Shown here piece after piece: positions 1 to 9,212 of a stretch of 64,000 nucleotides of DNA (its first letter is position 1; each line of letters begins with the position of its first letter). The stretch is from an uncultured Staphylococcaceae bacterium (lineage in GTDB: Bacteria; Bacillota_I; Bacilli_A; RFN20; CAG-826). The DNA is taken from NCBI GenBank assembly GCA_964504595.1, contig CAZDEE010000001.1:1200-65199 (forward strand), written 5' to 3'. The notes beneath the pieces are model-generated. The model was given only the letters and a program-made list of their open reading frames with translations, searched no databases and was not told where the DNA came from. The position numbers and the translations under genes are program-made.

Positions 1-266
1 TCGTAAAAGAAGTTCAATTAACACCAGTAATTGGTCAACATGATTTAGAAACTAAAGTACGACACGCAATTAGGTTTTTAAAAGAAGGAAATAAAGTGAA
101 AGTTGTTCTTCGCTTTAGAGGACGTCAATTGACACACGTTGAAGTCGGAGAAGATGTAATGAATCGTTTTATCGCACTTGTAGAAGAATACGCGATCATC
201 GAGAAAAAACCAGTTCTTGATGGAAAATTACTAACAGCAGTTTTAGCATCAAAAGTGAAAAAATAG
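1..266 (+). CDS. infC: translation initiation factor IF-3, C-terminal part (5' end lies outside the window)
   Basis: The frame is open from nt 3 to TAG at 264-266. It reads VKEVQLTPVIGQHDLETKVRHAIRFLKEGNKVKVVLRFRGRQLTHVEVGEDVMNRF..., a typical IF-3 C-domain. It is followed by rpmI-rplT, as in the conserved infC-rpmI-rplT operon. Confidence 0.88.
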   Translation, partial: VKEVQLTPVIGQHDLETKVRHAIRFLKEGNKVKVVLRFRGRQLTHVEVGEDVMNRFIALVEEYAIIEKKPVLDGKLLTAVLASKVKK

Positions 267-278
267 GAGGAACAGAGT

Positions 279-473
279 ATGCCAAAAATGAAAACAAAAC
301 GCGCACTTGCAAAGCGTGTAAAAGTTACCGGTAATGGTAAATTAAAAAGATGGTCAGCTTATACATCCCATCTTTCCCATAACAAATCACATAAACAAAA
401 AAGACATTTAAGAAAGTCCGGTTTAGTCCATGCATCAGATTGCAAGAGGGTTAAATACTTACTTTCTAAATAA
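279..473 (+). CDS. rpmI: 50S ribosomal protein L35
   Basis: 64-aa basic protein [24 protein letters not shown]... An AGGAGG Shine-Dalgarno lies 8 nt upstream. Position after infC fits the operon. Confidence 0.95.
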   Translation: MPKMKTKRALAKRVKVTGNGKLKRWSAYTSHLSHNKSHKQKRHLRKSGLVHASDCKRVKYLLSK

Positions 474-486
474 GGAGGATTAGACA

Positions 487-843
487 ATGAGAGTTAAAGG
501 TGGAACAGTTACAAGAGCTAGACGTAAAAAAGTTCTTAAATTAGCAAAAGGTTATTTTGGTAGCAAACATCGTATCTTTAAGACCGCTAAAGAACAAGTT
601 ATGCATTCATTACGTTATGCATATATTGATCGTCGTTTAATTAAACGTGATTTCCGTAAATTATGGATTAAACGTATTAATGCGGCTTGCAGAATGTGTG
701 ATATTAGCTATAGCAAATTTATGCATGGCCTCAAATTAGCAGGAATTGAAATTAACCGTAAAATGTTAAGTGAAATCGCAATTCATGATTTTGCTTCATT
801 TGAAAGTTTAGTTGCAACTGCTAAAAATGCATTGGCAAAGTAA
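487..843 (+). CDS. rplT: 50S ribosomal protein L20
   Basis: [28 protein letters not shown]... is the canonical L20 N-terminus. A GGAGG Shine-Dalgarno is present. Confidence 0.96.
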   Translation: MRVKGGTVTRARRKKVLKLAKGYFGSKHRIFKTAKEQVMHSLRYAYIDRRLIKRDFRKLWIKRINAACRMCDISYSKFMHGLKLAGIEINRKMLSEIAIHDFASFESLVATAKNALAK

Positions 844-856
844 TTAGTCTTTATTA

Positions 857-881
857 AACCAGCAATATGCTGGTTTTTTTA
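857..881 (+). terminator. intrinsic terminator of the infC-rpmI-rplT operon
   Basis: Perfect 8-bp stem AACCAGCA/TGCTGGTT (857-864 / 868-875) with a 3-nt loop, followed by a T-run. Confidence 0.8.
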
Positions 882-887
882 TTTGCA

Positions 888-911
888 TAAAAAAAGTGGC
901 TTATTGCCACT
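888..911 (-). terminator. intrinsic terminator downstream of thrS
   Basis: Stem AGTGGC/GCCACT (895-900 / 906-911) with a 5-nt loop. On the minus strand it is followed by a run of 7 U (plus-strand A-run 889-895). Confidence 0.7.
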
Positions 912-923
912 TTATTAGAAATA

Positions 924-2834
924 CTATTTGCTTAATAACTTCTTATTTTTAATTTCATCGTGAATTAATTCTAAGAATTCATTTAATGAAACAGAATGTT
1001 GGTCTTTCTCTCCATATCTACGATAGGTAACAGTTTTATTTGCAACTTCATTATCACCAATAACAAGTGAATATGGGATCTTTGTAACTTGAGCTTCTCT
1101 TAAACGATATCCGAGTTTTTCTTCGCGATCATCAAGCTTAGTTCTAATTCCTTGATCTTCAAATAACTCCACTAATTCGCGAGTGTATTCAAGGTGATAA
1201 AGATTGTTGACTGGAAGAATATCAACTTGAATTGGAGCAAGCCAAGTTGGGAAGGCGCCAGCAAAGTGCTCGGTAATAATTCCAATAAATCTCTCAATAG
1301 AGCCGAATAATGCACGATGTAGCATAATAGGACGAACTTTTTGATTGTTTTCATCAATATAAGTTAAATCAAATCTTTCTGGTAAATTCATATCTAATTG
1401 GATTGTACCACATTGCCAAATTCTACCAATTGAATCACGTAGTTTAAAGTCCAATTTAGGACCATAGAAAGCTCCATCACCAGGATTGATTTTATATTTT
1501 TTACCATAGGCTTTTAATGCATCTTCTAGGGCTTTTTCAGCTTTGTTCCAAATTTCAATATCGCCAATATATTTATTTTCAGGACGAGTAGATAATTCAA
1601 TATGGAAATCTAATCCAAAGATAGAATATACTTCATCATAGAGTTTTAAAAGACGGCCTATTTCATCGATAATTTGATCTTCTCTTAAGAAAATATGAGC
1701 GTCGTCTTGAGTGAATGTTCTAACTCTAAATAAGCCATTTAAAGCACCGCTAGCTTCATGACGATGGACAAGACCTAATTCACCAATGCGTAGTGGTAAA
1801 TCTTTGTATGAGTGCATAGAATTCTTATAAACAAGCATTCCACCTGGACAATTCATTGGCTTAATTGCGTATTCTTTATCATCGATTTCAGATATATACA
1901 TGTTTTCTTTATAATTATACCAGTGACCAGATACTTCCCATAATTCTTTAGAGAGCATAGTTGGTGTTTTTACGAATACATATCCATTACGGCGATGAAT
2001 ATTGTACCAGAAATCTTCTAATGTATTTCTTAATGTCATACCATTAGGAAGCCAGAATGGAAATCCTGGTCCATAGTCAGACATCATAAATAATCCTAAT
2101 TCTTTTCCAAGACGACGATGGTCTCTTTTCTTTCTTTCTTCAATTAAATTTAGATGATTCTTTAAATCATCATCACTAAAGAAAGCTGTACCATAAATTC
2201 TAACAAGCATTTTATTATTTGAATCACCCCTCCAATAGGCACCAGCAATAGAGGTTAATTTAAAATGCTTTATAAATCCGGTTGAAGGAACGTGAGGGCC
2301 ATGACATAAATCAATAAAATCACCTTGTGAATAAACGCTTATGATATCTTTAATTTCATTTATTAACTCGATTTTATAAGGATTGTCTTTAAAAAGTTCT
2401 AAAGCTTCTTCTTTAGAAACTTCCTTTCTAATAATTCGTTTATTTTCTTTAGATATTTTTTTCATTTCTCCTTCAATTTTAGCTAAATCGCTATCAGATA
2501 TAGGGGAAGAAAAGTCAATATCATAATAAAATCCTTCTTCAATTGTTGGTCCAAAGCCAAATTTAGCATTTGGGTAAAGACGTTTAACAGCTTCGGCGAG
2601 TAAATGAGCAGCGCTATGGCGTAACAGATCTAGAGATTCTGGATCTTCTTCAGTTAGAAATGTTAATTTTCCTTCTTTTTCAATAACGCTTCCTAAGTCA
2701 TAGATTTTATCATCAATTTTATAAGCAATAGCTTTTTTTTCTAAACTCTTAGAAATTTGTTTTGCAACTTCATAACCATGAAGACCTTCTTCAATTTCTA
2801 AAATATTTTCATTTGGTAAAATGAATTTTAACAT
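924..2834 (-). CDS. thrS: threonine--tRNA ligase
   Basis: 636 aa. It has a TGS-like N-terminus, the editing-domain motif HSAAHLL, a class II core (RVRTFTQDDAHIF, GTIQLDMNLPERF) and an anticodon-binding C-terminus. A Thr-specific T-box leader precedes it. Confidence 0.97.
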   Translation of the reverse strand: MLKFILPNENILEIEEGLHGYEVAKQISKSLEKKAIAYKIDDKIYDLGSVIEKEGKLTFLTEEDPESLDLLRHSAAHLLAEAVKRLYPNAKFGFGPTIEEGFYYDIDFSSPISDSDLAKIEGEMKKISKENKRIIRKEVSKEEALELFKDNPYKIELINEIKDIISVYSQGDFIDLCHGPHVPSTGFIKHFKLTSIAGAYWRGDSNNKMLVRIYGTAFFSDDDLKNHLNLIEERKKRDHRRLGKELGLFMMSDYGPGFPFWLPNGMTLRNTLEDFWYNIHRRNGYVFVKTPTMLSKELWEVSGHWYNYKENMYISEIDDKEYAIKPMNCPGGMLVYKNSMHSYKDLPLRIGELGLVHRHEASGALNGLFRVRTFTQDDAHIFLREDQIIDEIGRLLKLYDEVYSIFGLDFHIELSTRPENKYIGDIEIWNKAEKALEDALKAYGKKYKINPGDGAFYGPKLDFKLRDSIGRIWQCGTIQLDMNLPERFDLTYIDENNQKVRPIMLHRALFGSIERFIGIITEHFAGAFPTWLAPIQVDILPVNNLYHLEYTRELVELFEDQGIRTKLDDREEKLGYRLREAQVTKIPYSLVIGDNEVANKTVTYRRYGEKDQHSVSLNEFLELIHDEIKNKKLLSK

Positions 2835-2852
2835 AATTTATCTCTCCTTTTA

Positions 2853-3070
2853 AAAATAAAAAAACGTCCAAATATAAGGACGTTATATTTACGCGGTACC
2901 ACCTTATTTCATGTTAGATAACATGCGCTTAATTAATCGTTAACGCCGAATTACGATCCTATTAAAGATTGCTCAAAAGTGGTATTTATTTAGTTTAAAT
3001 AGAAATCTTTCACCAATTAATTTCCTCTCTATAAATAAAGCATAAATAAACGTGTCTTTATCAACGCAAG
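2853..3070 (-). promoter_or_regulatory. T-box leader (tRNA-Thr sensing) with terminator/antiterminator
   Basis: On the minus strand I read UUGCGUUGAUAAAGAC, an AGAGA box, a GGUGAAAG distal-loop motif, and the specifier context AAAU-ACC-ACUUUUGAG (ACC = plus-strand GGT at 2981-2983). The T-box sequence GGUGGUACCGCG is the plus-strand CGCGGTACCACC at 2892-2903. The terminator stem is AACGUCC/GGACGUU (2863-2869 / 2878-2884) followed by a U-run. Confidence 0.88.
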
Positions 3071-3073
3071 ATT

Positions 3074-3102
3074 ATAATATTACTTTATAGAAAAAAAGTC
3101 AA
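3074..3102 (-). promoter_or_regulatory. sigma-A-type promoter for the thrS leader
   Basis: The minus strand reads TTGACT (3102-3097), a 17-nt spacer, then TATTAT (3079-3074). This sits immediately upstream of the T-box leader. Confidence 0.5.
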
Positions 3103-3127
3103 ATAAAAAAGCGGATTTTAAACCCGC
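3103..3127 (-). terminator. probable terminator of the pfkA-pyk-ROK-degV operon
   Basis: The minus strand reads GCGGGUUUAAAAUCCGC followed by UUUUUU, directly after the degV stop. Confidence 0.55.
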
Positions 3128-3979
3128 TTAATATGGATATTTTGAAGTGCTTATTCCGATTGTTCCTGGACCAGTATGGGCACAGACATTAATTGATATA
3201 GGAGCGTCGACTATTTCAAATTCTGGCAATAATTCATGAACTGTGTTTTTGACAAATGAAATTATATTTTCATCGGTATCAAAAGTTAATAAAACAATAT
3301 GCCAAACATGAGGATCAAGTTTTTTACTAGCAATTTTCTTGATTTCTTCATTAAGTGTTTTTTTAATATTTCTTGTCGTTCCTTCTTTGCCGATTTCTCC
3401 ATCTTTAAATGTTAAAATAGGTTTTAATCCGATCATATTTCCAATGACTGCGAGGGCAGGTGAAATGCGACCTCCATTTTTTAAATAAGTTAAAGTTTCA
3501 GGAATAAATATTGAAAAATCACTATTAATTCTTTCTCTTAAAACAGGAATAATTTCTTCAACTGTTTTATTTTCCTTTACAAGATTCATCGCAGTTAAAA
3601 CATGATCTAACATCATATGGCAAACCGCAGATGAGTCAATAACGGTAACTTTATCTCCGTATTTATCTTTACAGTAATTAGTAAATAAATCAAACATTGA
3701 AGATAATTTACTAGAAATAGTGAAATGAATTATATGTTCATATCCTTTTTCAAATTGAGCATCAAAAAATTGCTCTATTTCATATGGGGTAGGTGTGGAT
3801 GTTTTTATAATTCCACCTTTTCTCATCATTTCACATAATTTATCTTGATTAATATCAATTCCATCATGATATTCGACTCCATCAACAATTACATTTAATG
3901 GTAGAATTGGTAATCCAATTTTTTCCGCTTCGATTCTTGGTAATGAACAAGTTGAGTCGGAAGTAATTAAAATTTTCAT
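3128..3979 (-). CDS. DegV family fatty-acid-binding protein
   Basis: MKILITSDSTCSLP..., GGRISPA and CAHTGPGT are DegV hallmarks. I chose the start at ATG 3979 because it has an AGAGGGA Shine-Dalgarno. The track's upstream extension to 4009 has none. Confidence 0.85.
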   Translation of the reverse strand: MKILITSDSTCSLPRIEAEKIGLPILPLNVIVDGVEYHDGIDINQDKLCEMMRKGGIIKTSTPTPYEIEQFFDAQFEKGYEHIIHFTISSKLSSMFDLFTNYCKDKYGDKVTVIDSSAVCHMMLDHVLTAMNLVKENKTVEEIIPVLRERINSDFSIFIPETLTYLKNGGRISPALAVIGNMIGLKPILTFKDGEIGKEGTTRNIKKTLNEEIKKIASKKLDPHVWHIVLLTFDTDENIISFVKNTVHELLPEFEIVDAPISINVCAHTGPGTIGISTSKYPY

Positions 3980-4039
3980 AGCTAAATCCCTCTTTACTAA
4001 CAAAAACATTATAACTAAATGTCAATATAAGTCAAGTTT

Positions 4040-4876
4040 TTAAACTTTTTGAATACCATAGCAACCCGCGCCGATAAGTCCAGCATCTTGATCATGGTAT
4101 GCTTTAACTAAATTACAATTTGGATTATTTTCTTTTAAATCATCAAGAAATATATGACTAGATTTCATAACTCCTCCAGTTAAAACGATGACATCTGGTG
4201 AAAAAGAATTTTGAATAAAATTAAAGAATTTGTGGAATAAATCTAACCAATCTTTATATAAAGCAGTGAGTTTTTTATCACCATTTTGGTATCCGATGAA
4301 CATATGATAACCTTCTTCTAAATCGATATTGTTTATTTTGGCAAGTGTTTTGATTCCATATCCAGAACAAATGCGTTCAAATTCATAATATTCGCCTTTA
4401 TACTCGATTAAAGTATGTCCAATTTCTACTGATGAAATTGTATATTCACGGTCTATAAAAAAGCTCCCGCCGACACCGCTTGATATTGTAATAAAAAATA
4501 CTGATGAATAATCTTTTCCATTTCCTGATACAGCCTCAGCAAGTCCGGCAGCGGTTGCATCGTTAATGACATAAGTTGGAATATTAAATTCTTTTACTAA
4601 AGGAGTTACTAAATTGATGTCTTTAACATGAATGTTAGGTAACTCATAAATATAACCATCATTTCTAACTCGACCTGGAACGCCTATAGTTATAGAAGAT
4701 ATATTGTAGTTTTCATAGTGAAGTTCATTTATAAGTTTAATAATTTGCTTTATTAAAGCTTCGTTTCCATCATGAGATGTTCTTTCTCTAATAACTTCAA
4801 CAATATTTAAATTTTCATCGATAACACCAACACGAATATTTGTGGCGCCCATATCGATAGCAATAACGTGTTTCAT
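4040..4876 (-). CDS. ROK-family sugar kinase (glucokinase-like)
   Basis: The N-terminal ATPase motif is AIDMGATNIRVGVI. NDATAAGLAEA and VLTGGV fit the ROK/actin-fold. The canonical CxCGxxGC zinc motif is not evident. The position downstream of pyk fits a glycolytic role. Confidence 0.65.
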   Translation of the reverse strand: MKHVIAIDMGATNIRVGVIDENLNIVEVIRERTSHDGNEALIKQIIKLINELHYENYNISSITIGVPGRVRNDGYIYELPNIHVKDINLVTPLVKEFNIPTYVINDATAAGLAEAVSGNGKDYSSVFFITISSGVGGSFFIDREYTISSVEIGHTLIEYKGEYYEFERICSGYGIKTLAKINNIDLEEGYHMFIGYQNGDKKLTALYKDWLDLFHKFFNFIQNSFSPDVIVLTGGVMKSSHIFLDDLKENNPNCNLVKAYHDQDAGLIGAGCYGIQKV

Positions 4877-4878
4877 AA

Positions 4879-6330
4879 TTAAATATCCTTTATTTCATTA
4901 ACGCTGACAATTTTCATAAAATTAGTTTTACCTGCACCTGTAGGAGTACCACCAGTAATAATAATAGGTGAACCGGCAGGAATGCCCAATTCATGAGCTT
5001 TAATTAAAGCAAGAGCTTCCATTTCTTCAATAAATTGAGGGATTGAAGGAATATAGAGAGATTGAACTCCCCAATATAAGCCTGCGCTTAAACAAACATC
5101 TCTTTTGTTTGAAAAAGAGAGAATTGGACAAATAGGTCGTGCTTTAGAAATGCGCTTAAAAGTTGTTCCAGTTTCAGAAAAGCAAATGATTAGTTTAGCT
5201 CCAATCAATAGAGCGGTATTCGCAACTGAATTTGATATCGCATCATTATTATTCTTTTCAGATGTATCGTATGCTTCATGCGCTAATTTTTCATAATCTA
5301 GGTATTTTTCCATTGTTGTTGAAATTTTAGCTTGCATTGATGTCGCTTCAATTGGATAATCTCCAGAAGCGGATTCTGCAGATAACATAACGGCATCTGT
5401 ACCATTAATAACTGCATTTGCAACATCACTTACTTCCGCACGTGTTGGACGTGGATAATGCTTCATTGAATCAAGCATTTGAGTTGCAGTGATTACTGGT
5501 TTACCAGCAATACGACATTTATCGATTATTTGTTGTTGAATTACTGGCACTTCTTCGGCAGGAATTTCAACACCTAAATCACCACGAGCGACCATAATAC
5601 CATCAGATACTTTAATAATTTCATCGATATTATCAACGCCTTCAGGGTTTTCAATTTTAGCGATTATTTGCATGTTTGGACGTCCATGTTCAAGACATAT
5701 TTGACGAACATCTAAAATATCTTGAGCGGTTCTTGTGAATGATGCAGCAATCATATCAAAATCGTTTTCACAACCAAAAATGATGTCACTACGATCACGT
5801 TCAGAGATAAATGGCATTGTGAGCTTGATATAAGGAACATTAACACCACGTCTATTTGCTAAAACATTTGTGTTTAAAGCCCTAGTAACAAGAGTTTTAT
5901 TTTCAATTTTATCAATAATTTCTAAATCTAAATTTCCATCATCTAAACGTAAATAATCACCGATTTTAACATCATCATAAAGTCCTTCATAGGACAATGA
6001 GAAACATTCAGATGTACCAGTTACTTCTTGACCGCAAATAACTTTTACGATTGCTCCTTTAGTTATTTTTGCGCTTCCGCCTTCAAACAAATGGGTTCTA
6101 ATTTCTGGACCTTTTGTATCGAGCATGATAGGTATTAAAATACCTTTTTCTTTTTCGATTTGTCTGGCTAATAATATTTTTTTATAGTGTTCTTCATAGC
6201 TACCATGAGAGAAATTAACTCTCATGACATTCATTCCTGCATCGATAAGTTTAATGAGCATTTCATAATTATCAGTTGCAGGACCGATAGTACAAACAAT
6301 TTTTGTGTTTTTTGAGATATTGAGCATCAT
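4879..6330 (-). CDS. pyk: pyruvate kinase
   Basis: TKIVCTIGPA, MNVMRVNFSHG, MVARGDLGVEIP and a C-terminal regulatory domain are present. I chose the ATG at 6330, 7 nt after an AGGAGA Shine-Dalgarno. There is no extra PEP-utilizer C-terminal domain. Confidence 0.95.
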   Translation of the reverse strand: MMLNISKNTKIVCTIGPATDNYEMLIKLIDAGMNVMRVNFSHGSYEEHYKKILLARQIEKEKGILIPIMLDTKGPEIRTHLFEGGSAKITKGAIVKVICGQEVTGTSECFSLSYEGLYDDVKIGDYLRLDDGNLDLEIIDKIENKTLVTRALNTNVLANRRGVNVPYIKLTMPFISERDRSDIIFGCENDFDMIAASFTRTAQDILDVRQICLEHGRPNMQIIAKIENPEGVDNIDEIIKVSDGIMVARGDLGVEIPAEEVPVIQQQIIDKCRIAGKPVITATQMLDSMKHYPRPTRAEVSDVANAVINGTDAVMLSAESASGDYPIEATSMQAKISTTMEKYLDYEKLAHEAYDTSEKNNNDAISNSVANTALLIGAKLIICFSETGTTFKRISKARPICPILSFSNKRDVCLSAGLYWGVQSLYIPSIPQFIEEMEALALIKAHELGIPAGSPIIITGGTPTGAGKTNFMKIVSVNEIKDI

Positions 6331-6346
6331 ATTCAATTCTCCTAGA

Positions 6347-7309
6347 CTATCTCAATTTTTCAATAACATGAATTAAATCATCATGTTTTGTACGTTTCAT
6401 TGACAAAGCTTCCATTATATCGTAATCGACAATATTGTCGCCTCTAACGCCAACGCAACGGCCGCCTTTTCCCGCAACTAATAATTCAACTGCATATGTG
6501 GCGAGTTGGGCTGCTAAAACACGATCGCGTGCTGATGGAGAACCTCCACGTTGAATTCGACCTAAAACTTCGGATTTTGCTTCGATTCCGGCAATATTCT
6601 CGATTTCTTTTGCAAGTGCATTTACATCAAAAATCTTTTCAGTAACAATAACAATAATGTGGCTACGACCATTTTCATGCATTTTCTTAATTTGATTTGC
6701 TATTTCTTCCGCTGTTAATTTGTAATCGCTTGAAATGATTAAATCGGCACCGCAAGCAATACCAGCATAGATAGCTAAATCGCCACAATATCTTCCCATT
6801 ACTTCAATAACTGAGCAGCGATGATGGGAAAAAGATGTATCTCTTAACTTTGAAACGGCATCACAAATGGTATTTAAACATGTATCAAATCCAATTGTGT
6901 AATCGGTTGATGCGATATCGTTATCAATAGTTCCTGGGATGGCAATACAATTGATTCCCATTGCTGTTAAAGCTTTTGCGCCCATATAGGTGCCATCGCC
7001 TCCAATAACTACTAAAGCATCAATGCCTCTTTTTCTAAGATTATCGACCGCAATTTGTCTTACTTTTTCTTCTTTGAATTCAGGAAGACGAGCTGAGTGA
7101 ATAATTGTTCCTCCTCTTGTAATGATTTCACTTACAAAAGAACGATCAACTTCTTGAATATTGTCATCAATTAGTCCTTTATATCCATCATAAACAACAT
7201 ACATTTCTTTTCCTTCTGAAAGACCTGCACGTATAACCGCACGAACTGCGGCATTCATTCCTGGAGCATCTCCTCCAGATGTTAAAACTCCAATTTTATT
7301 AATAGTCAT
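6347..7309 (-). CDS. pfkA: ATP-dependent 6-phosphofructokinase
   Basis: IGVLTSGGDAPGMNAA, GGDGT, PGTIDND and the MGR motif are present. I chose the ATG at 7309, which is preceded by GGAGG. Confidence 0.96.
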   Translation of the reverse strand: MTINKIGVLTSGGDAPGMNAAVRAVIRAGLSEGKEMYVVYDGYKGLIDDNIQEVDRSFVSEIITRGGTIIHSARLPEFKEEKVRQIAVDNLRKRGIDALVVIGGDGTYMGAKALTAMGINCIAIPGTIDNDIASTDYTIGFDTCLNTICDAVSKLRDTSFSHHRCSVIEVMGRYCGDLAIYAGIACGADLIISSDYKLTAEEIANQIKKMHENGRSHIIVIVTEKIFDVNALAKEIENIAGIEAKSEVLGRIQRGGSPSARDRVLAAQLATYAVELLVAGKGGRCVGVRGDNIVDYDIMEALSMKRTKHDDLIHVIEKLR

Positions 7310-7541
7310 AAATATAACCTCCGCTTTCACATACAGTTCTATTTTACCACTTTAATTAATATAATTAAAGAATATGAAAACAAAAATTAAATATTAAGAA
7401 TAAAGTAGTTTAAAAAGTGGATGTAATATTGAATTTTGCTTCGTTTGATTTATTAAAAATTCATTTATCTTATTAAAAAATGATTATATTTTGGTTTTAA
7501 ATGTTTAAAAATAATTTTTATATTTTGTGTTTAACTATTAT

Positions 7542-7570
7542 TTGACAATGACTATGCTAAGACCTAAACT
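7542..7570 (+). promoter_or_regulatory. sigma-A-type promoter for the ABC transporter operon
   Basis: TTGACA (7542-7547), a 17-nt spacer, then TAAACT (7565-7570). It lies about 28 nt upstream of the start codon, which has an AGGAGGA Shine-Dalgarno. Confidence 0.5.
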
Positions 7571-7597
7571 TAAATTAACAGGAGGATACTTAAAAAT

Positions 7598-8311
7598 ATG
7601 AGCGATATTTTAGTAGAAACGCGTGGACTAACTAAAAAATATAAGGATGTTTTAGCTTTAGATTCAGTTAATCTTATATTGGAAAAAGGAAAAATTTATG
7701 GTTTGTTAGGTCCAAATGGAGCTGGTAAAACTACATTAATAAAAATCATAACAGGATTAATAAGAAATTATGAAGGACAAGTTTTTGTTAATGAGCAACC
7801 TTTAGGAATTGAATCAAAAAAGATAATTTCTTTCTTACCAGATCATGAGTATATTGATGATTCTTGGACAGTTAATTATGCACTAGAGTATTATGGAGAC
7901 TTTTTTGATGATTTTGATAAAGATAAAGCAATTAAATTATTTAAACAATTAGATATTCCTTTTGATAGGCACTTTAAAACATTATCGAAAGGCACAAAAG
8001 AAAAAGTTCAATTGATATTGTGTCTATCAAGAAAAGCGGAAATATATATATTTGATGAACCAATTGCGGGCGTAGATCCTGCTGCTAGAGACTTAATATT
8101 TAAGCTCATTATGGAAAACTATAATAATAAAGCTAGTATTTTAATATCTACCCATTTAATTGCAGATGCTGAAGGGATTCTTGATAATTTTATATTTATT
8201 AAAAAAGGTCGAATTGTTAAATTTGGTGATGTAAAGAAAGTGAAAGAAGAAACTGGTAAGACACTTGATGAAATATTTAGGGAGGATTTTAAATGTTTAA
8301 GCGACTTTTAA
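7598..8311 (+). CDS. ABC transporter ATP-binding protein (ABC-2/export type)
   Basis: Walker A is GPNGAGKTT and Walker B is IYIFDEP. A switch His lies in STHL. The signature motif is degenerate: LSKGTKEKV. Confidence 0.85.
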   Translation: MSDILVETRGLTKKYKDVLALDSVNLILEKGKIYGLLGPNGAGKTTLIKIITGLIRNYEGQVFVNEQPLGIESKKIISFLPDHEYIDDSWTVNYALEYYGDFFDDFDKDKAIKLFKQLDIPFDRHFKTLSKGTKEKVQLILCLSRKAEIYIFDEPIAGVDPAARDLIFKLIMENYNNKASILISTHLIADAEGILDNFIFIKKGRIVKFGDVKKVKEETGKTLDEIFREDFKCLSDF

Positions 8312-9090
8312 AGCATCAACTAAAAACAACATGGAAAGAGTTTAATATTGCTTATGCATTAGTAATTCTAGTAAGTGTGTTTTTAGGGATCTCAATCGTT
8401 AGTAAAAGCGATACTTTGATGGTCATTTCAATGATTTTATATGCTTTTTCTATTATTGGAGTTTTAGGATTAGCTATTAAGTTCTTCATAAAACTATTTT
8501 ATAGTTCAACTTATGGAAAACGAGCATTTTTAACTTTTACCTTACCAATTTCTACTCATTCACTCATTCTTTCAAAAATAGTTTCATCATTACTTTATTT
8601 ATTCGGATTCTTTTTATCCGGAACTATCTCAGTTTTAGTTTTATTATTAATTGTTGATGCAAGCAGCTTAAATGCAATATTCCCAGTTATTGGCGAGTTG
8701 TTATCTTTGATAAGTATCAATCCATTTATTTCGTTCTTATATATATTTGAAAGTGCAGTTTCTTTAGTTGCAGAACTTATATTAATTCAATTTGTGTGTG
8801 CTTATGCACAAACACTTACAAGTTCAAAAAAGAAAGAAAATATGGTATTTGTTATTTACATAGTTGCAAGCATGTTATTCGCAATTGTTATGGCAATGGA
8901 TCCTATTTCAATGCATGTAGCTTTGAATAATACAACCGGTAAGATAAGCTTTATTGTGTTAAATGAGACAAATTCTATGGATTATACTAGCGTGTTCTCT
9001 ATTTGGTCACTTCTTGTAGAAATTGGCAAAATGGTTGGAATGTATTTCTGGACAGTTCATATAATTGATAAAAAAATTGAAATCCAATAA
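8293..9090 (+). CDS. polytopic membrane protein, presumed ABC-2 permease partner
   Basis: 265 aa with about 6 hydrophobic segments. It overlaps the ATPase gene by 19 nt. I recognise no conserved motif. Confidence 0.5.
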   Translation: MFKRLLKHQLKTTWKEFNIAYALVILVSVFLGISIVSKSDTLMVISMILYAFSIIGVLGLAIKFFIKLFYSSTYGKRAFLTFTLPISTHSLILSKIVSSLLYLFGFFLSGTISVLVLLLIVDASSLNAIFPVIGELLSLISINPFISFLYIFESAVSLVAELILIQFVCAYAQTLTSSKKKENMVFVIYIVASMLFAIVMAMDPISMHVALNNTTGKISFIVLNETNSMDYTSVFSIWSLLVEIGKMVGMYFWTVHIIDKKIEIQ

Positions 9091-9093
9091 ATT

Positions 9094-9119
9094 GATGGAG
9101 TTTATCTCCATCTTTTTTT
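9094..9119 (+). terminator. intrinsic terminator after the ABC operon
   Basis: Stem GATGGAG/CTCCATC (9094-9100 / 9106-9112), a 5-nt loop and a run of 7 T. Confidence 0.8.
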
Positions 9120-9144
9120 CCACATTTTTAACGAATTATCCACA
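9116..9144 (+). promoter_or_regulatory. two direct DnaA-box-like 9-mers upstream of dnaB-dnaI
   Basis: TTTTCCACA at 9116-9124 has one mismatch to the consensus. TTATCCACA at 9136-9144 is a perfect match. Both have the same orientation and start 20 bp apart. Confidence 0.45.
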
Positions 9145-9161
9145 ACTTTTTTGCTGTTGTC

Positions 9162-9190
9162 TTTAAAAGATAAGTAAAAGAATATATAAT
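9162..9190 (+). promoter_or_regulatory. possible sigma-A promoter of dnaB-dnaI
   Basis: TTTAAA (9162-9167), a 17-nt spacer, then TATAAT (9185-9190). The -35 element is weak. Confidence 0.35.
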
Positions 9191-9212
9191 GTTAAGAAAT
9201 GGGGTGAGCGAT

